From assembly GCA_012295275.1 (NCBI GenBank), contig CM022665.1, positions 16,306,001 to 16,370,000 of the forward strand: a stretch of 64,000 nt of DNA. Reading direction: 5' to 3'. Of this stretch, positions 1 to 20,000 are shown piece after piece (positions within the stretch are counted from its first letter, which is position 1; the number at the start of each line of letters is the position of its first letter). This DNA comes from Chrysomallon squamiferum (Eukaryota; Animalia; Mollusca). The notes beneath the pieces are model-generated. The model had not been told where the DNA came from. It saw only the letters and a program-made list of their open reading frames with translations, and made no database searches. The position numbers and the translations under genes are program-made.

Positions 1-159
1 TTTTTTCTGACTCTTCCTTAGTTAATGCTGCTCAGTGGTCTCGCTAGACCATTTCCATACAGCGACACAATTGATTTAACAAAGGCTGTTGTTTTCCTGC
101 TAGGATGAAGTGCGTGTAATATATGTTCTAATAATCGATAACAGAGTGACATCCATCTC

Positions 160-298
<139 letters not shown>

Positions 299-323
299 CT
301 TGAAAGTATTCTAAGCATTTTAC

Positions 324-6996
<6,673 letters not shown>

Positions 6997-7226
6997 GTCT
7001 TCCTTATCGGAGTCGTCAATTTTAGCCGCGTGTTCAGGATATAAAATGAATTTGTTGTTGATGCATTAAGTAAAGGAGGTGTCGTGTTTGTTATTTCGGT
7101 GAAAGTCTGTGACTGACAACTGATTAACGGTAAATGTGTGCAGTGGGTTATAATGGCTGTTCAAGAAGGCGTGGCTCAGAATTTTAATGTTGTTTTTCTG
7201 TCTGCTTATCGGTCTATCTCTATGTG

Positions 7227-7295
<69 letters not shown>

Positions 7296-8290
7296 TTATC
7301 CATATGTTTCTCTATCTGTCTACCTATCTATCTATCTCACTGTTTGCCTGTCTATCTATTTATTTATATATCTGTCCTCTGTCTCATTATCTATTTATCT
7401 GTCCGTTTGTTTGTCTGTTTCTATCTGTCTGTTTGACTGTCATCTCTCTCTACAATCTCTCTGTCTCTCTCTCTCATGTCTCTCTCTCTCTCTCTCTGTC
7501 TGTTTATATATCTGCCAGTCTGTCTCTTCATCCGTCTGTCTGTATGTATGTATGTGTGTTTGTATATCTATATATTTATCTATGTTTGTCTGTCTCTATC
7601 TGTTTGACTATCTGTCGTCTCTCTCTTTCTCCCTGTTTGTAAACCGACAGATGTACATGTCTCTCTCTATCTGCCTATCTGTGTATATGTCTATCCAAGT
7701 TAAAGGCCTTGGTTTATACTTGCATTATAGTAAATGCTTTCAAAATATTCCTTGCTGTTGGTAAAAGTATAAACTACAGTTTGATAGCAGCGAGATTGAT
7801 ATTTTCTCTGGCACTTACACTATAGCGATACAAATAAATATTTAAAAAGAAATCATGCTTCCAGGTTATGTCATTGTTTTGGACGGCCTGTCATCGTTAG
7901 TAAGGAAGTATGATGTCAATACTTACATTTGGAATGATGGTATGATGGCCGTATTTTTTTATTTTAATTATTTTTGTTTATTTTATTTTATTATTTTTTT
8001 TTTTTTTTTTTTTTTTATTATTTTGAATAATTTATTATACCACTACAGAAATATAGCGACGCCCAGATATTTTATTTAACCGAATTCTTTAATTATTCTT
8101 TGGTATATTCATTACAACTGGACGGAAATAAAACTTAACTTGGCAGTTTTCTGAATATATAATAGATTTGTATCGTCAGAATTATACATTAAACACAGTT
8201 ATGTGCAACACCTTATATAACCATAAGTAGGTTTTTTGTTGTTTTGTTGTTTTTCTATAGGACAGTTATTATGTATTTATTATGTATGTA

Positions 8291-8325
<35 letters not shown>

Positions 8326-8461
8326 ACATAGTCTGAATTTTTTCATCCCTCGTTAGACCACTTATGTCAGATAATAACATAAAACCAAAATTCTATAGAA
8401 ACGTTCCACTTTAATCGTTACTCCTTGCTGTTTTAAAAAATAAATAAATAATAATAATAAA

Positions 8462-8499
<38 letters not shown>

Positions 8500-9347
8500 A
8501 TACACAAACACACACGAACACACACACACACACACACCATACACAAACACACACGAACACACACACACACACACACCATACACAAACACACACGAACACA
8601 CACACACACACACACACCATACACAAACACACACGAACACACACACACACACACCATACACAAACACACACGAACACACACACACACACACACACACCAT
8701 ACACAAACACACACGAACACACACACATACACACAAACATACACAAACACACACGAACACACACACACACACACCATACACAAACACACACGAACACACA
8801 CACACACACCATACACAAACACACACTATACACAAAAACACACACGAACACACACACACACACACACCACCATACAAAACACACACGAACACACACACAT
8901 ACACAAACACACACGAACACACATACATACACCATACACAAACACACACACACAAACATACAGAAACACATTCGAACACACACACACACCATACACAAAC
9001 ACACACGAACACACACAAACATACACAAACACACACGAACACACACACACACAGAAACATACACAAACACACACGAACACACACACACACCATACACAAA
9101 CACACACGAACACACACACACACACCATACACAAACACACACGAAACACACACACACACCATACACAAACACACACGAACACACACACCATACACAAACA
9201 CACACGAACACACACACACATACACACACCATACACAAACACACACGAACACACACACACACACCATACACAAACACACACACACACAAACATACACAAC
9301 CACACACGAACACACACACACACAGAAACATACACAAACACACACGA

Positions 9348-9378
<31 letters not shown>

Positions 9379-9489
9379 TACGAACACACACACACACACA
9401 CGAACACACACACACACACCATACACAAACACAAAAACACACACACACACTATACACAAACATACACAAACACACACACGAACACACAC
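8462..9489. repeat. CA-derived compound minisatellite (~1 kb)
   Basis: Recurring unit ccatacacaaacacacacgaa(ca)n of ~30-40 bp; source of the spurious VCVC ORFs. Confidence 0.9.
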
Positions 9490-9838
9490 CGGGCGGGGAA
9501 GTAAAAAAAAAAACAAAAAAAGCGACAGGTGTATTTTAATGACCTGGTATTAGAAGCCTTTCCATTAATATTACTGTGAACTTGTAGTCGTTCGTAATCA
9601 TTTGGTTGAAGCGAGCTTAAGTCGAATATTGTTTTTGATTGGGTTTTTTTTTTGGGGGGGGGGTGGTTTCGACTAATATTTCATTCCTGATTGCATTACT
9701 CAGGTACCATTTAACTCGAAAATCTGACAAAATAATTTAGTGGTAGTAAATAATGATATACAGTAAATTCATAGAGCCTTCTGTTTTATATGACAGTTAT
9801 GCAACAAACGTATTACTGACAAGAAATAATCGTTATTA

Positions 9839-10131
9839 CAGGTTGAAGTTCCTAAACTCGGCATCTCTTGGAGCATCTGACGGAATTTGCTTATTTTTGG
9901 AACCTCGACATATTGTACAGATAAAATGGATAGTCTACATATTTTCACGGCAAAATAGAACAGATTGTCAAAAAAAAAAAAAAAAAACACAAGATACCGC
10001 TGCAAATCGGTGGATCAGTGAAATAATGCCGGATAGTGGGAATATTTCCAAATATATCAATTTGCTCGGTTCGGGCCGAGTTTTTGGAATTTTGCAGGTT
10101 TCCTAATGTCGATCTCAGGAACTTAAACCTG
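9839..10131. mobile_element. Tc1/mariner-pogo-type MITE (293 bp)
   Basis: 26-bp imperfect TIRs (caggttgaagttcctaaactcggcat vs revcomp caggtttaagttcctgagatcgacat, 5 mismatches), TA on both flanks, no coding capacity. Confidence 0.75.
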
Positions 10132-11732
10132 TATTTAAATATGTTATCTTGACGTTGAACATTCATTCATTTTTTTTTTTTTTTTTTTTTTTCATTCAGA
10201 GCTAAGGGGAAATTACTGGTAATTTTTATCTTACCTAAAAGTAACAGTTACATTTTTTCGGAAACGTAGGGGAGATAATCACCAATAGCCTGCTGGTCAT
10301 TTTCACCTTTCTCTTTGATTTAAAAATTAATTTTCCCTCTTTCGTTCTTTCTTTTAAAATTCAGATTAGGGGAGACAACTATGGGTATACCGAAACACAC
10401 TGCCGATGACTTTAATATTAAAAATAGATGGAAATAGCATCCCGGAATTAAGTTCGCAGTTAGGCGTCATAATACTATGCGACATATTTTATTCAACGAC
10501 TCACTGCAGTCCTATTTTTGTCTATGGTTAAGTGGCGTCATTCACGTGGTTAATGACTCATACAGAAAAGATGGGAGATTTTTATCAGTTTTGAAAATGA
10601 AAACAAATCTCTGGAAACTGAGGAGTAGATATAAAATTTTGTCCAACATTTCATATATTTTCTATTGTTTAAAATCATTGTAACATGTTTCAAAATAATG
10701 TCCTTTTCACCTCATTAATTATTATTATTATTATTACTACTACTACTACTACTACTAATACTACTACTAGTACTACTACTACTACTGTTAATTTAATTTT
10801 TATTTATTTATTTTTTAACAGAAATAGTAGTGGTTGGTGCTGGTAGTAGTAGTAGTAGTAATAGTAGTAGTAGTAGAAGTAGTAGTAGTAAGTATAGGCA
10901 TAAATATCGTGATATTTGCTATTCAATATCTGAACTGCAGTAATCAATCATACAGTGAAAGAGTTTGTTACATTACGGAAATCATGATGCATGAAATATC
11001 TAGGGTTGATTTAGGACATAATTTTATTTTAATAGTATTTATTTATTTATTTAATAACAAAATGAATATTTAAAAAATAAACAGTGAAACAAAGAAACAA
11101 GTAAATAAGGGAAAAAAAATCAAAAAAATCATATTAATTTATTACTGTTTAATATTAGTAATAGTCGTATCGCAACATCACTATTTATTACAATTACTAC
11201 TAGTATAAATTCTTCTTCTGTGCTATATATAGTACTGCAATTAATACTATTTCTACTACTTCTACTACCACTAATTTCTTCTTCTTCTACTTATTATAAT
11301 CATTATTAATACTACCACTAACATTAATACAAATTCTTCTGTTATCACCATTACTACTACTACTACTACAGCATTACGGTTTCTGCTGCTAAAACAACGA
11401 CTACTATTATCAGTATCACAATTATTACTTTTCTTAATGGCATCGTCATCATTATCCTCATTAATATTTTTTTTTATTCCATTTTATAAACCCATGACAG
11501 CCTCGTGTGTTTTCAATCTCTATCACCGTTCTCAAATATCCCTAGCACAGAAGCAGAATACAAACTACCGTTAGTTTTGCATAAATGCATCTGTGCTATG
11601 CTGCCAATTGTAACACATCTGATGTAACACATCCGAGACGTTGCCACCAAAACATCACGCCACACCAGTAACGACATCTTGTTTTTACGATGTAACTTTT
11701 TAGATGAATAATAATTAAGTATTAAAAAAATA

Positions 11733-11803
<71 letters not shown>

Positions 11804-11862
11804 AACACACACACATATATATAACAAATGCTAAATAGTTTTAAACACACACACACACAAAC

Positions 11863-11895
<33 letters not shown>

Positions 11896-11905
11896 TATAT
11901 ACATA

Positions 11906-12600
11906 CAGTGGTACCTCAACTTACGACTGCCCCAACTTACGAGTTTTTCGAGTTTCACAAGCAGTCGACCGGTCGATTATTTGCTTTGAGTTGTGAGCCA
12001 AAATCCGAGTTACAAGCGAGCTTCAGATACGCAGCCGCTAGTTGGCGCAACGAACAGTATAACAAGCGGCCAGCACCCCGCATTTCACTCATTTACTTCA
12101 CGTGGCTACCTCGCCGCGGAAGCATCTCTGTTGTGCTGTTCTTGCATTTTGTGCAGTATTTTGCCAAATTTCTTTTTTTTTTTTGGCCATGGATTGTAAG
12201 AAAGTGAATGCAAAGGACAGTGATGAGAAGAAGAAGCGGATGATTTCCATTGAATTAAAACTTGAATTCATAGAAAAACATGAGCGAGGGGTGCGTGTAG
12301 TCGACTTGGCTAGGAAGTACGAACGTAGTACTTCTACGATATGTACCATACTGACGCAGAAGAAGGAGTCGATAAAGGCTGTCACTCCAGCCAAAGGCAT
12401 TAAATTAATTTGTCTGATCTCCAAGATAAATACATTTTACAAAACCAATTTATTTCTTTACGTTCTCTTTTGTTTTTTATACAATATTTGTCATTTATAA
12501 ATATATTTTTCTATTTAAAAACACGATACACAAGAAAAAAAGAAAAAAGGGGGTGGTTTTGGGGGTACTGGAATTAAACTCTTAAGTCAAGGTACCAATG
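11906..12600 (+). mobile_element. Internally deleted Tigger/pogo-family DNA transposon
   Basis: TIRs cagtggtacctcaacttacga... and ...tcttaagtcaaggtaccaatg; TA on the left flank (TG on the right). ATG at 12189 gives MDCKKVNAKDSDEKKKRMISIELKLEFIEKHERGVRVVDLARKYERSTSTICTIL, the N-terminal pipsqueak-type HTH of Tigger transposases. The DDE domain is absent. Confidence 0.88.
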
Positions 12601-12846
12601 TGTGTGTGTATATATATATATATAGATATATATAGTCTGAATTTTTCTTTATACTATATAATACGAATCCATTGGTAAGATGATTGTATAATTTACATCT
12701 ATGTTGTAATATTTGTACGAATGTATGTATACAGTCACATAGAAAACTAGAAAGATACACAGATAAATAGATTTATCCTGGAATCACTGACAAGATGTGA
12801 TGACTAGGTAAATTTTATAAAGACCATATTGGTTCCCCTTACGAAA

Positions 12847-12954
<108 letters not shown>

Positions 12955-13441
12955 CAATATGCATTATCTATGCAATCAACTATCACTGAATAAAAGTCAA
13001 TTATCTTATATATTCTCACCTTGTAAACATGTAATAGAAATATATTATTCTGCTGAATATCTCGTTGATTGATCATCTAGCGTTAGGAAAATTACTACCT
13101 TTCCTTCTGCAGCTTATGACTTTATTTTTCAGTTACCAAACTACTGAGGACATTAGGTCACTGCCGTGAAAATATTGAGGAAAATGAGTTTTAAAAAATG
13201 TCACCCTAATTCTATAATTTAAAACAGGAGAACTAATATTCTTTCACACCGGCACTGACCAGAAATATATCTGAACAGTATTTACTTCGATAAATTATAT
13301 GTTATTTACTTGTTGTTGTTGTTGTTGTTGTAATATCATTTATTATTATTGTTGTTGTTGTTGCTGCTGCTGTTAATGTTGTTGTTACTATCATCATCAT
13401 CTTCATCATTATCGTTATCATTATTATTATCATTTGTATTA

Positions 13442-13500
<59 letters not shown>

Positions 13501-13704
13501 TCATCAACATTGTTACCAGTACAACATGTGCACTGCACACATCTCATATATCACTTTTTTCGGTGTCTCTTTCTGAAAAGAGGTGAGATATTTTGTATAT
13601 TGTTTCAAACAAATAGTTCAGTTTTAATACAGGTGTGAACACATCTGGTATTAATCGTGATCCCGGATCTTTTGTTGTAGTTCACAGTTTTTAACTGCAC
13701 TGTG

Positions 13705-13771
13705 TATATAAATTGTTCTATTACAAACGTTTCGTTGACTCGACACCAGAAGTTACTAAAAAGCTGAGAAG
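13705..13771 (+). promoter_or_regulatory. Putative TATA box and non-coding first exon of the TSP1-CBM14 gene
   Basis: TATATAAA at 13705-13712, splice donor AAG|gtgagc at 13771/13772. The ATG at 14177 is immediately preceded by a pyrimidine tract + cag acceptor, which implies an upstream UTR exon. Confidence 0.5.
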
Positions 13772-13803
13772 GTGAGCAACCAGACTGAAATTTGGGGCTT
13801 TTT

Positions 13804-13900
<97 letters not shown>

Positions 13901-14176
13901 GTATCCCTTCTTTCTCTGATTGTCTCTCAGTATCTCGCTTTCTGTTTCTCAGTCACTCACTATCTCTCTCTGTCTTTATCCATCTATCGGTCATTCTCTC
14001 TGTCATTGTCTCCTTGTCAGTCTATTTTGTTCTCTCCCTCTATCATAAACACACACAAATACACACAAGTACGCATATAATATCCCTAATTCCCCAAATG
14101 ACTAGTACAAATATTTGCTCAGCAGATTATCTTTTGTGTTATTATTTATTTGTTTAAGTCATTTACATTTTACCAG

Positions 14177-15140
14177 ATGCTGCTATTCAACGTTGCCTTG
14201 CTTGTATTCCTGGCGATTATTGGCCAGACTCTATGCCAAGGTATGTTCTATTTTAAAAGTATCTTTTCAATAAATACTTTTGAGATGGGTATGAAAAACC
14301 CTTTGAGACATTTAAGAATGTTTTAGAATAGTCTCGCTAGGCTTATAAAGAGGCCACACTAGTTAGGTTCACCGATAGATAGACAGACAGACAGACAGAC
14401 AGAGGTCGCGTACAACACAGATAGACAGTCAGGTGGGTAGATAAATGGATGCATGGATATACATACATACATACATACATACATACATTATTACAGAAAT
14501 ATGTTGATATACAGACAGATAGGAGACAGATATAACGTCACATTACTATGTACCATTTACACTTCGTTTCAAATTCAGATGAAGAGGAAATATGGGGGAG
14601 CTGGAAGGACGTCAGAGAGTGCAATGTTTTGTGCGGTGGTGGAATGAAGGTGCAAAAGCGAGTCTGCACCGGAAATTGCACTGGGAATAATGAGGAGACG
14701 AGAACTGTTGAATGCAATACCGAGACATGTGAAGGTGAGTTAGAGACATATTAAAATAGCCATCCTCATTAATGTATGACTGCATATTTTACTTGTTTAT
14801 TTTTGATAAGAAATATGCTTAAAGTGTTTCTTTTGTGGTAGAGTCAAACAGCCCAAAACTATTTTGTATAATTCACTCAAAATATACATAGTGTTCTTCA
14901 AATATACAGGTTTTCGATTTTGTATTATCATAAGGTTCATTGTGAAATCGCTTAAACACAATGATTCACGTCAGTATTTTTTTTTTCTTTTCAGATAAAT
15001 GCACGAAAGGTGACGGGATGTTCATTGCCCATCCTAAGAACAGAGCAGAGTATTACCTGTGCGCCAGCAACAGAGCTTGGCTCTTCCACTGTCCATCCAA
15101 AACCTTCTGGAACTCAACAACTTCCACCTGCGATTATTAA
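14177..15140 (+). CDS. Small secreted protein: signal peptide + thrombospondin type-1 repeat + chitin-binding type-2 (CBM14) domain, 121 aa
   Basis: Exons 14177-14240 (MLLFNVALLVFLAIIGQTLCQ), 14579-14734 (WGSWKDVRECNVLCGGGMKVQKRVC...ECNTETC, TSP1 pattern), 14995-15140 (CTKGDGMFIAHPKNRAEYYLCASNRAWLFHCPSKTFWNSTTSTCDY*, CBM14 pattern). Both introns are phase-1 GT-AG. AATAAA at 15182-15187. Confidence 0.88.
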
Positions 15141-15713
15141 CGATGTGCCTGTCCCGAAGAGTTCACTAAATTGATGCCTAAAATAAAACGATAAAACTTT
15201 GTCCGTTTTGTTATCATGACAATAGGTGATGATGGTTCCTAGATTAAAATGTTCACTGTTTTAATGTAATTTGTTCAGTTTGTATTCCCTCCCCCAGGGC
15301 ATAGGCGTGTCCGTTTTTTTTTTTTTTTTTTTTTTTAATTGGAGAAGTAAGACATGATTTTTTGAAGTCTGTATAAATCATTTCTATCTGTGAATGCAGC
15401 AGGAATCTCACTTACGTATGTACAACATTGTCATTGCAATAAAATACTGAATGTTTGTCTATGTACTCTAGTCCAAGACAACCTTATCGTTGAGTGTTAG
15501 GTAGTTACTCTGAGTGCAGCTGCAATAATGTTGGGATGCGAAAGCCATTTCTCCTTTCCAAATATGTCTTTATTTATGTGTAAATATTTGTCTTTATTAT
15601 TATTATTATTATTATATTTGTCTCTTTTTGGGGGGGTTGTTGTTGTTTTCATCTTGCGCGTGGATATGTAAGCTGATAATGAGGAATATAATAATAATAA
15701 CAGTAACAATAAC

Positions 15714-15757
<44 letters not shown>

Positions 15758-16565
15758 TGATGATGATGATGATACCAACAAAATGAAAAGGAAAAACAAA
15801 ATCAACTTGATAGCCACCGCACTTTAAGTACTGCAACTTACGATTTAATTTTTTATTTTTTTTTTTTTCAACCCTCTTCAAGAAACTGATAAAACAAAAC
15901 CGTACTTCTAATTTCACATAATTTTGATTTTGTTTCGTATTCATCAAAATCTTCAAAATGGCATTTATTTTTAAAGAAAGATGAATACCGTAAAACTAGT
16001 GTGTGTTTGTTTCTCACAATAATTCATAATAAATAATCAATAACTTCACGCCTGACGTCATAGTTTTGCAATTGTGTAGACGTCACCGTACCGTTGTCAT
16101 CAGTGTTTAACAAAACTATTTTCTATACAGATTATATGTTAGTAGCGGTTTTAATTTAGGTAAGTTCGTACCTTTTAATATACTCGTAATTGTATATTGT
16201 TTTCTTGAAACCCAGAACAGAACACTGAAGGAAACATATATTGATAAAAAAAGTCTGTCTTTAAAAATTATTCATAATCTAAGTGTGGACAGAGTCTGTG
16301 ATTTCTTCCGCGAAAACTTGTAAATGGGTTCATTCGGATGTTCCCGATTGTCTGATGATTATAATGGCCTAGTCAGGAAATTGTGAGATGTCTGCTTTCT
16401 TTTCAGTTCAGTTATTAATCTGCTAAATTAATATTTATACTTATACAAAAGTATACCATACTGTAGCAACATTCAGATGATGATGATAATGAAGATCATA
16501 AATAATAACAACAACGACGACGTGTGTGGTAGTTTTGTAAGAATTGAAAATAAACCGAATAATGA

Positions 16566-16601
<36 letters not shown>

Positions 16602-17715
16602 ACAGACACACAGACACACCACAAACACACACACACACGCACACACATATCATGGAAACGTTTCCTTTTTTATATTCTGTTAGTTCGGTAGCATAATGGA
16701 TTATACTAAGTGAATCATGCCCGAACAATAAACATACTCAGTCTGTCGGCACCTTTTGTAGATTTCAGTTTAGACGCAAATAAATAAAATAAAATAAAAT
16801 AAAATATCATAAATAAATCAATAAATAAATCGTTAAATAACTAAAATAAGTAAATAAATAAATTAATTAATTAATAAATAAATAAGTAAAAAACTTATAC
16901 GAAAAAAGTTAATGTCAACCAGAATCCATGTTAACAGTTATTATATTTTTAAACATTATTACCAATAAAAATAAATAAATAAACAGATTTATTCCAGCTT
17001 CATTGGAACAAAAACTCAAATTACAGAGCAATAAAAAAATTTTATTTCTAATCAAGAATAATATATTTGTAAACACATACTTGGTAACATTAAGCAAAAT
17101 GAGAAAATAGTTTTTTAATCATCCGCATTAAACATTAAAAAAAACACACAACATATATAGAGAGAGATTTATGATTTCATCTATTTAACAGTTTTTAAGA
17201 TATCAGATTAATTTTTTATTATTATTATTTCTTTACAGGAAAGGTAATTGTCTCAGATATCATTCTCAAACTTGATAATACTATAAATGTACTTTGGAGA
17301 AAATCTATTTTTTATATTAAGAATTTCATTGTATGTTTTAAAGTAATTTATATTTCTTCCACACAAAAACACCAGACTCACCCCACACACTTACACAAAT
17401 AATAATGACAAAAAATGAGGCAGATTGCCAAGCTTGTTAACTGATTTTTAATGACAGACATTTAATCTCATTTCATGTTAATTATGTTCTAAAGATTTCA
17501 TCAGTTTTGTATTAACGACCAATTAAAAGTTCTAATTTCTTCAAAATAAAAAACATGTAGCACAGATACTCGAAACGAGAGGAGCTTTTCATTGTCATGT
17601 TATTGATTATATCTCATTAGCAGAGTTTTTTTTCATACATAGATACATACATACATACATACACACATACACACATACACACAAACACACATACACATAC
17701 ACACACACATACGTA

Positions 17716-17777
<62 letters not shown>

Positions 17778-17782
17778 AGATT

Positions 17783-18000
17783 GGCTTGATGGCAGAACGG
17801 TAACATCGTCCGCCTTCGGAGTGCGGATGAATGGGTGTCACACGTTCGAGTCTCGTCAGCGGCATCTGACGGGGTTTGTGATGTCGTGATTGGACTTTGT
17901 CCTCCTGCGCCAGTGCGTTCTCAATTATTGTCTATGTACAGAGTCTATTCATAAGATAGAGAATATTCAAATCCTAAAATACATACATACATACATACAT
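17783..18000 (+). mobile_element. tRNA-derived SINE
   Basis: Pol III A box TGGCAGAACGG (17790-17800), B box GTTCGAGTC (17844-17852), ~130-bp non-tRNA body, (ATAC)n tail. Confidence 0.72.
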
Positions 18001-18453
18001 TAATACATATATACATACGCACACACAAAAACACACACACACACACACACACACATACATACATACACCATCGATTTCAAGCTACGATTGTTCATCAATC
18101 TCTGGAGGTTAAAGCGACAGACAGACGGAAAGAGACGGGAATGGAAAGCACGTTTATTTAAGGCAAATGGCTTTACTTAATTAGTTTAACTCTAACGCAT
18201 AAAATGTATTTCATTTGACGTCACTGATTCTTTAGTATCAGTATAAAATAGCTTGAGTTCACGTATACTCAGAAAGTGGCAGTCCTCCTGTAAACAATGT
18301 ACAGATTGTCGTAAACACTGAACTGTGTCAACAAATGTTATTTCATTTTTAACACTAGTTTACATAATTATCAAGGGTGCAGTACTGCCATAATTATGAG
18401 GAAGAGACGTAAAGTTGACGGAAATGGATAACGTCGCTTAATAAATTATGTAT

Positions 18454-18516
<63 letters not shown>

Positions 18517-18974
18517 TTTTTTTTATTTTTTTTTTTTTTTTTCTGAATGTTTTTACCTAATGTAACCATATTTTACATTATTTTAAATAATTATACTTAA
18601 TGTTAACATAGCCGGTCTTGCCATAAGGATGTAAAAGACGAATAAAATAACCATATTAATGGTTTTCCGTCCAGAAAAGATTAAAACTTTCTTAACATTT
18701 CAAAGCTAATTCATATGCCTGCTAGATGGCAAAATTAAGACAAGCAATCGATCAGAATATGTATTGATATGTTTTCCGATTGATCCAGCAGTATTCAGGT
18801 GGATATGACTTATTATTTTACTGAAATATGAATCAGAAAATTAGAAGAAAAAAAAATAATTGCTGCAATCTTATGTTGGAATAAGTCCTACAAGAACACT
18901 TTGGTTTGAATTGAGTACAACTACTTAAATCAGGACATTTGAAACAAAACAAAATAATTAGCTGGAACTATACG

Positions 18975-19091
18975 GTATAATTTCAAATATTTGCCGATAA
19001 AATATTCATATGTCTGGTTTTGTAATAAATTAAATTAGGAAAAAGGTTTCTATATCACGATCTGTCTATAAATGCTCAAACAGAAATACGT
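18975..19091. repeat. ~117-bp direct duplication, copy 1 (copy 2 at 21889-22005)
   Basis: gtataatttcaaatatttgccgat...caaacagaaatacgt appears twice, each followed by a (CA)n-type tract. Confidence 0.85.
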
Positions 19092-19127
<36 letters not shown>

Positions 19128-19961
19128 ACACATACACACACACATATAAAACCAAACATGTCTGTGTGTGTGTCACAGCTTTGTCCACAGTTTCTTAATT
19201 TAATTTACGACACTGCTACAAATATGAACGTTTTATTGCTTTATCGTATTTGTGTAAACGACAGCTAGGCACGAAATGCAGCGAAGATATCCGCTCCAAA
19301 ACAAACGTCCATTATTTCACCGACGATCTTGCTTTAGTTTCGTTGAAATTGCTTAAGCAATTATGATCGGTGATTTACTGATGGTATGTGTGTGTGTGCG
19401 TGTGCGCGTGTATGTGTGAACAAACAGGGTTCATTGTTATAAATACACCTGAACTGTTTGGATGTTCTGTATATATACATGTCTGACTATACTGCGGTGC
19501 TGGAACTGTTGTGATACTGAGTCAGCGGACTTAAGAGATGTTGCGCACAAAAGGTACAGAGACATGCTCCCTTCTGGAAATTTTTGTAGCGTAGATACTG
19601 GAATAAAACTTAATTTAATGGCTTCTGGACATCATTATAAATAATATCTGATCTTGTAAAAAAATGCGATGCTGTTGCGTATAGATTAAAGTCATGTAAA
19701 AAGGAAGGAGGTTATTCGTTTTCTCAGCGAGTAATGAAGGTTGTTAATTTTATCTATTAATATTTCGCATATCATGGTAGGCGTTCATGATAGAAATATT
19801 AATTATGTAGACCGATATACAAATCTATAATGACAAAACTGATTTAGCGCCGAACCTAATAAAATTATGTAAAGTGAAAAAATTCTTTAGATGGCGATTT
19901 CAGCTGGTCTGATTACTCCCGCTCTTGTCCCGGCACGTGCGTGCGTGTGCATGCGTGCGTG

Positions 19962-20000
<39 letters not shown>

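Noticed and set aside
8362-9516. Longest ORFs in the track (384 and 358 aa, VCVC-rich)
   Set aside because: Translations of a CA/TG-derived minisatellite, open in several frames; no coding signal.
17783-17865. Functional tRNA gene
   Set aside because: A and B boxes are present but I could not fold a convincing cloverleaf. It continues into a body and (ATAC)n tail, which fits a SINE.
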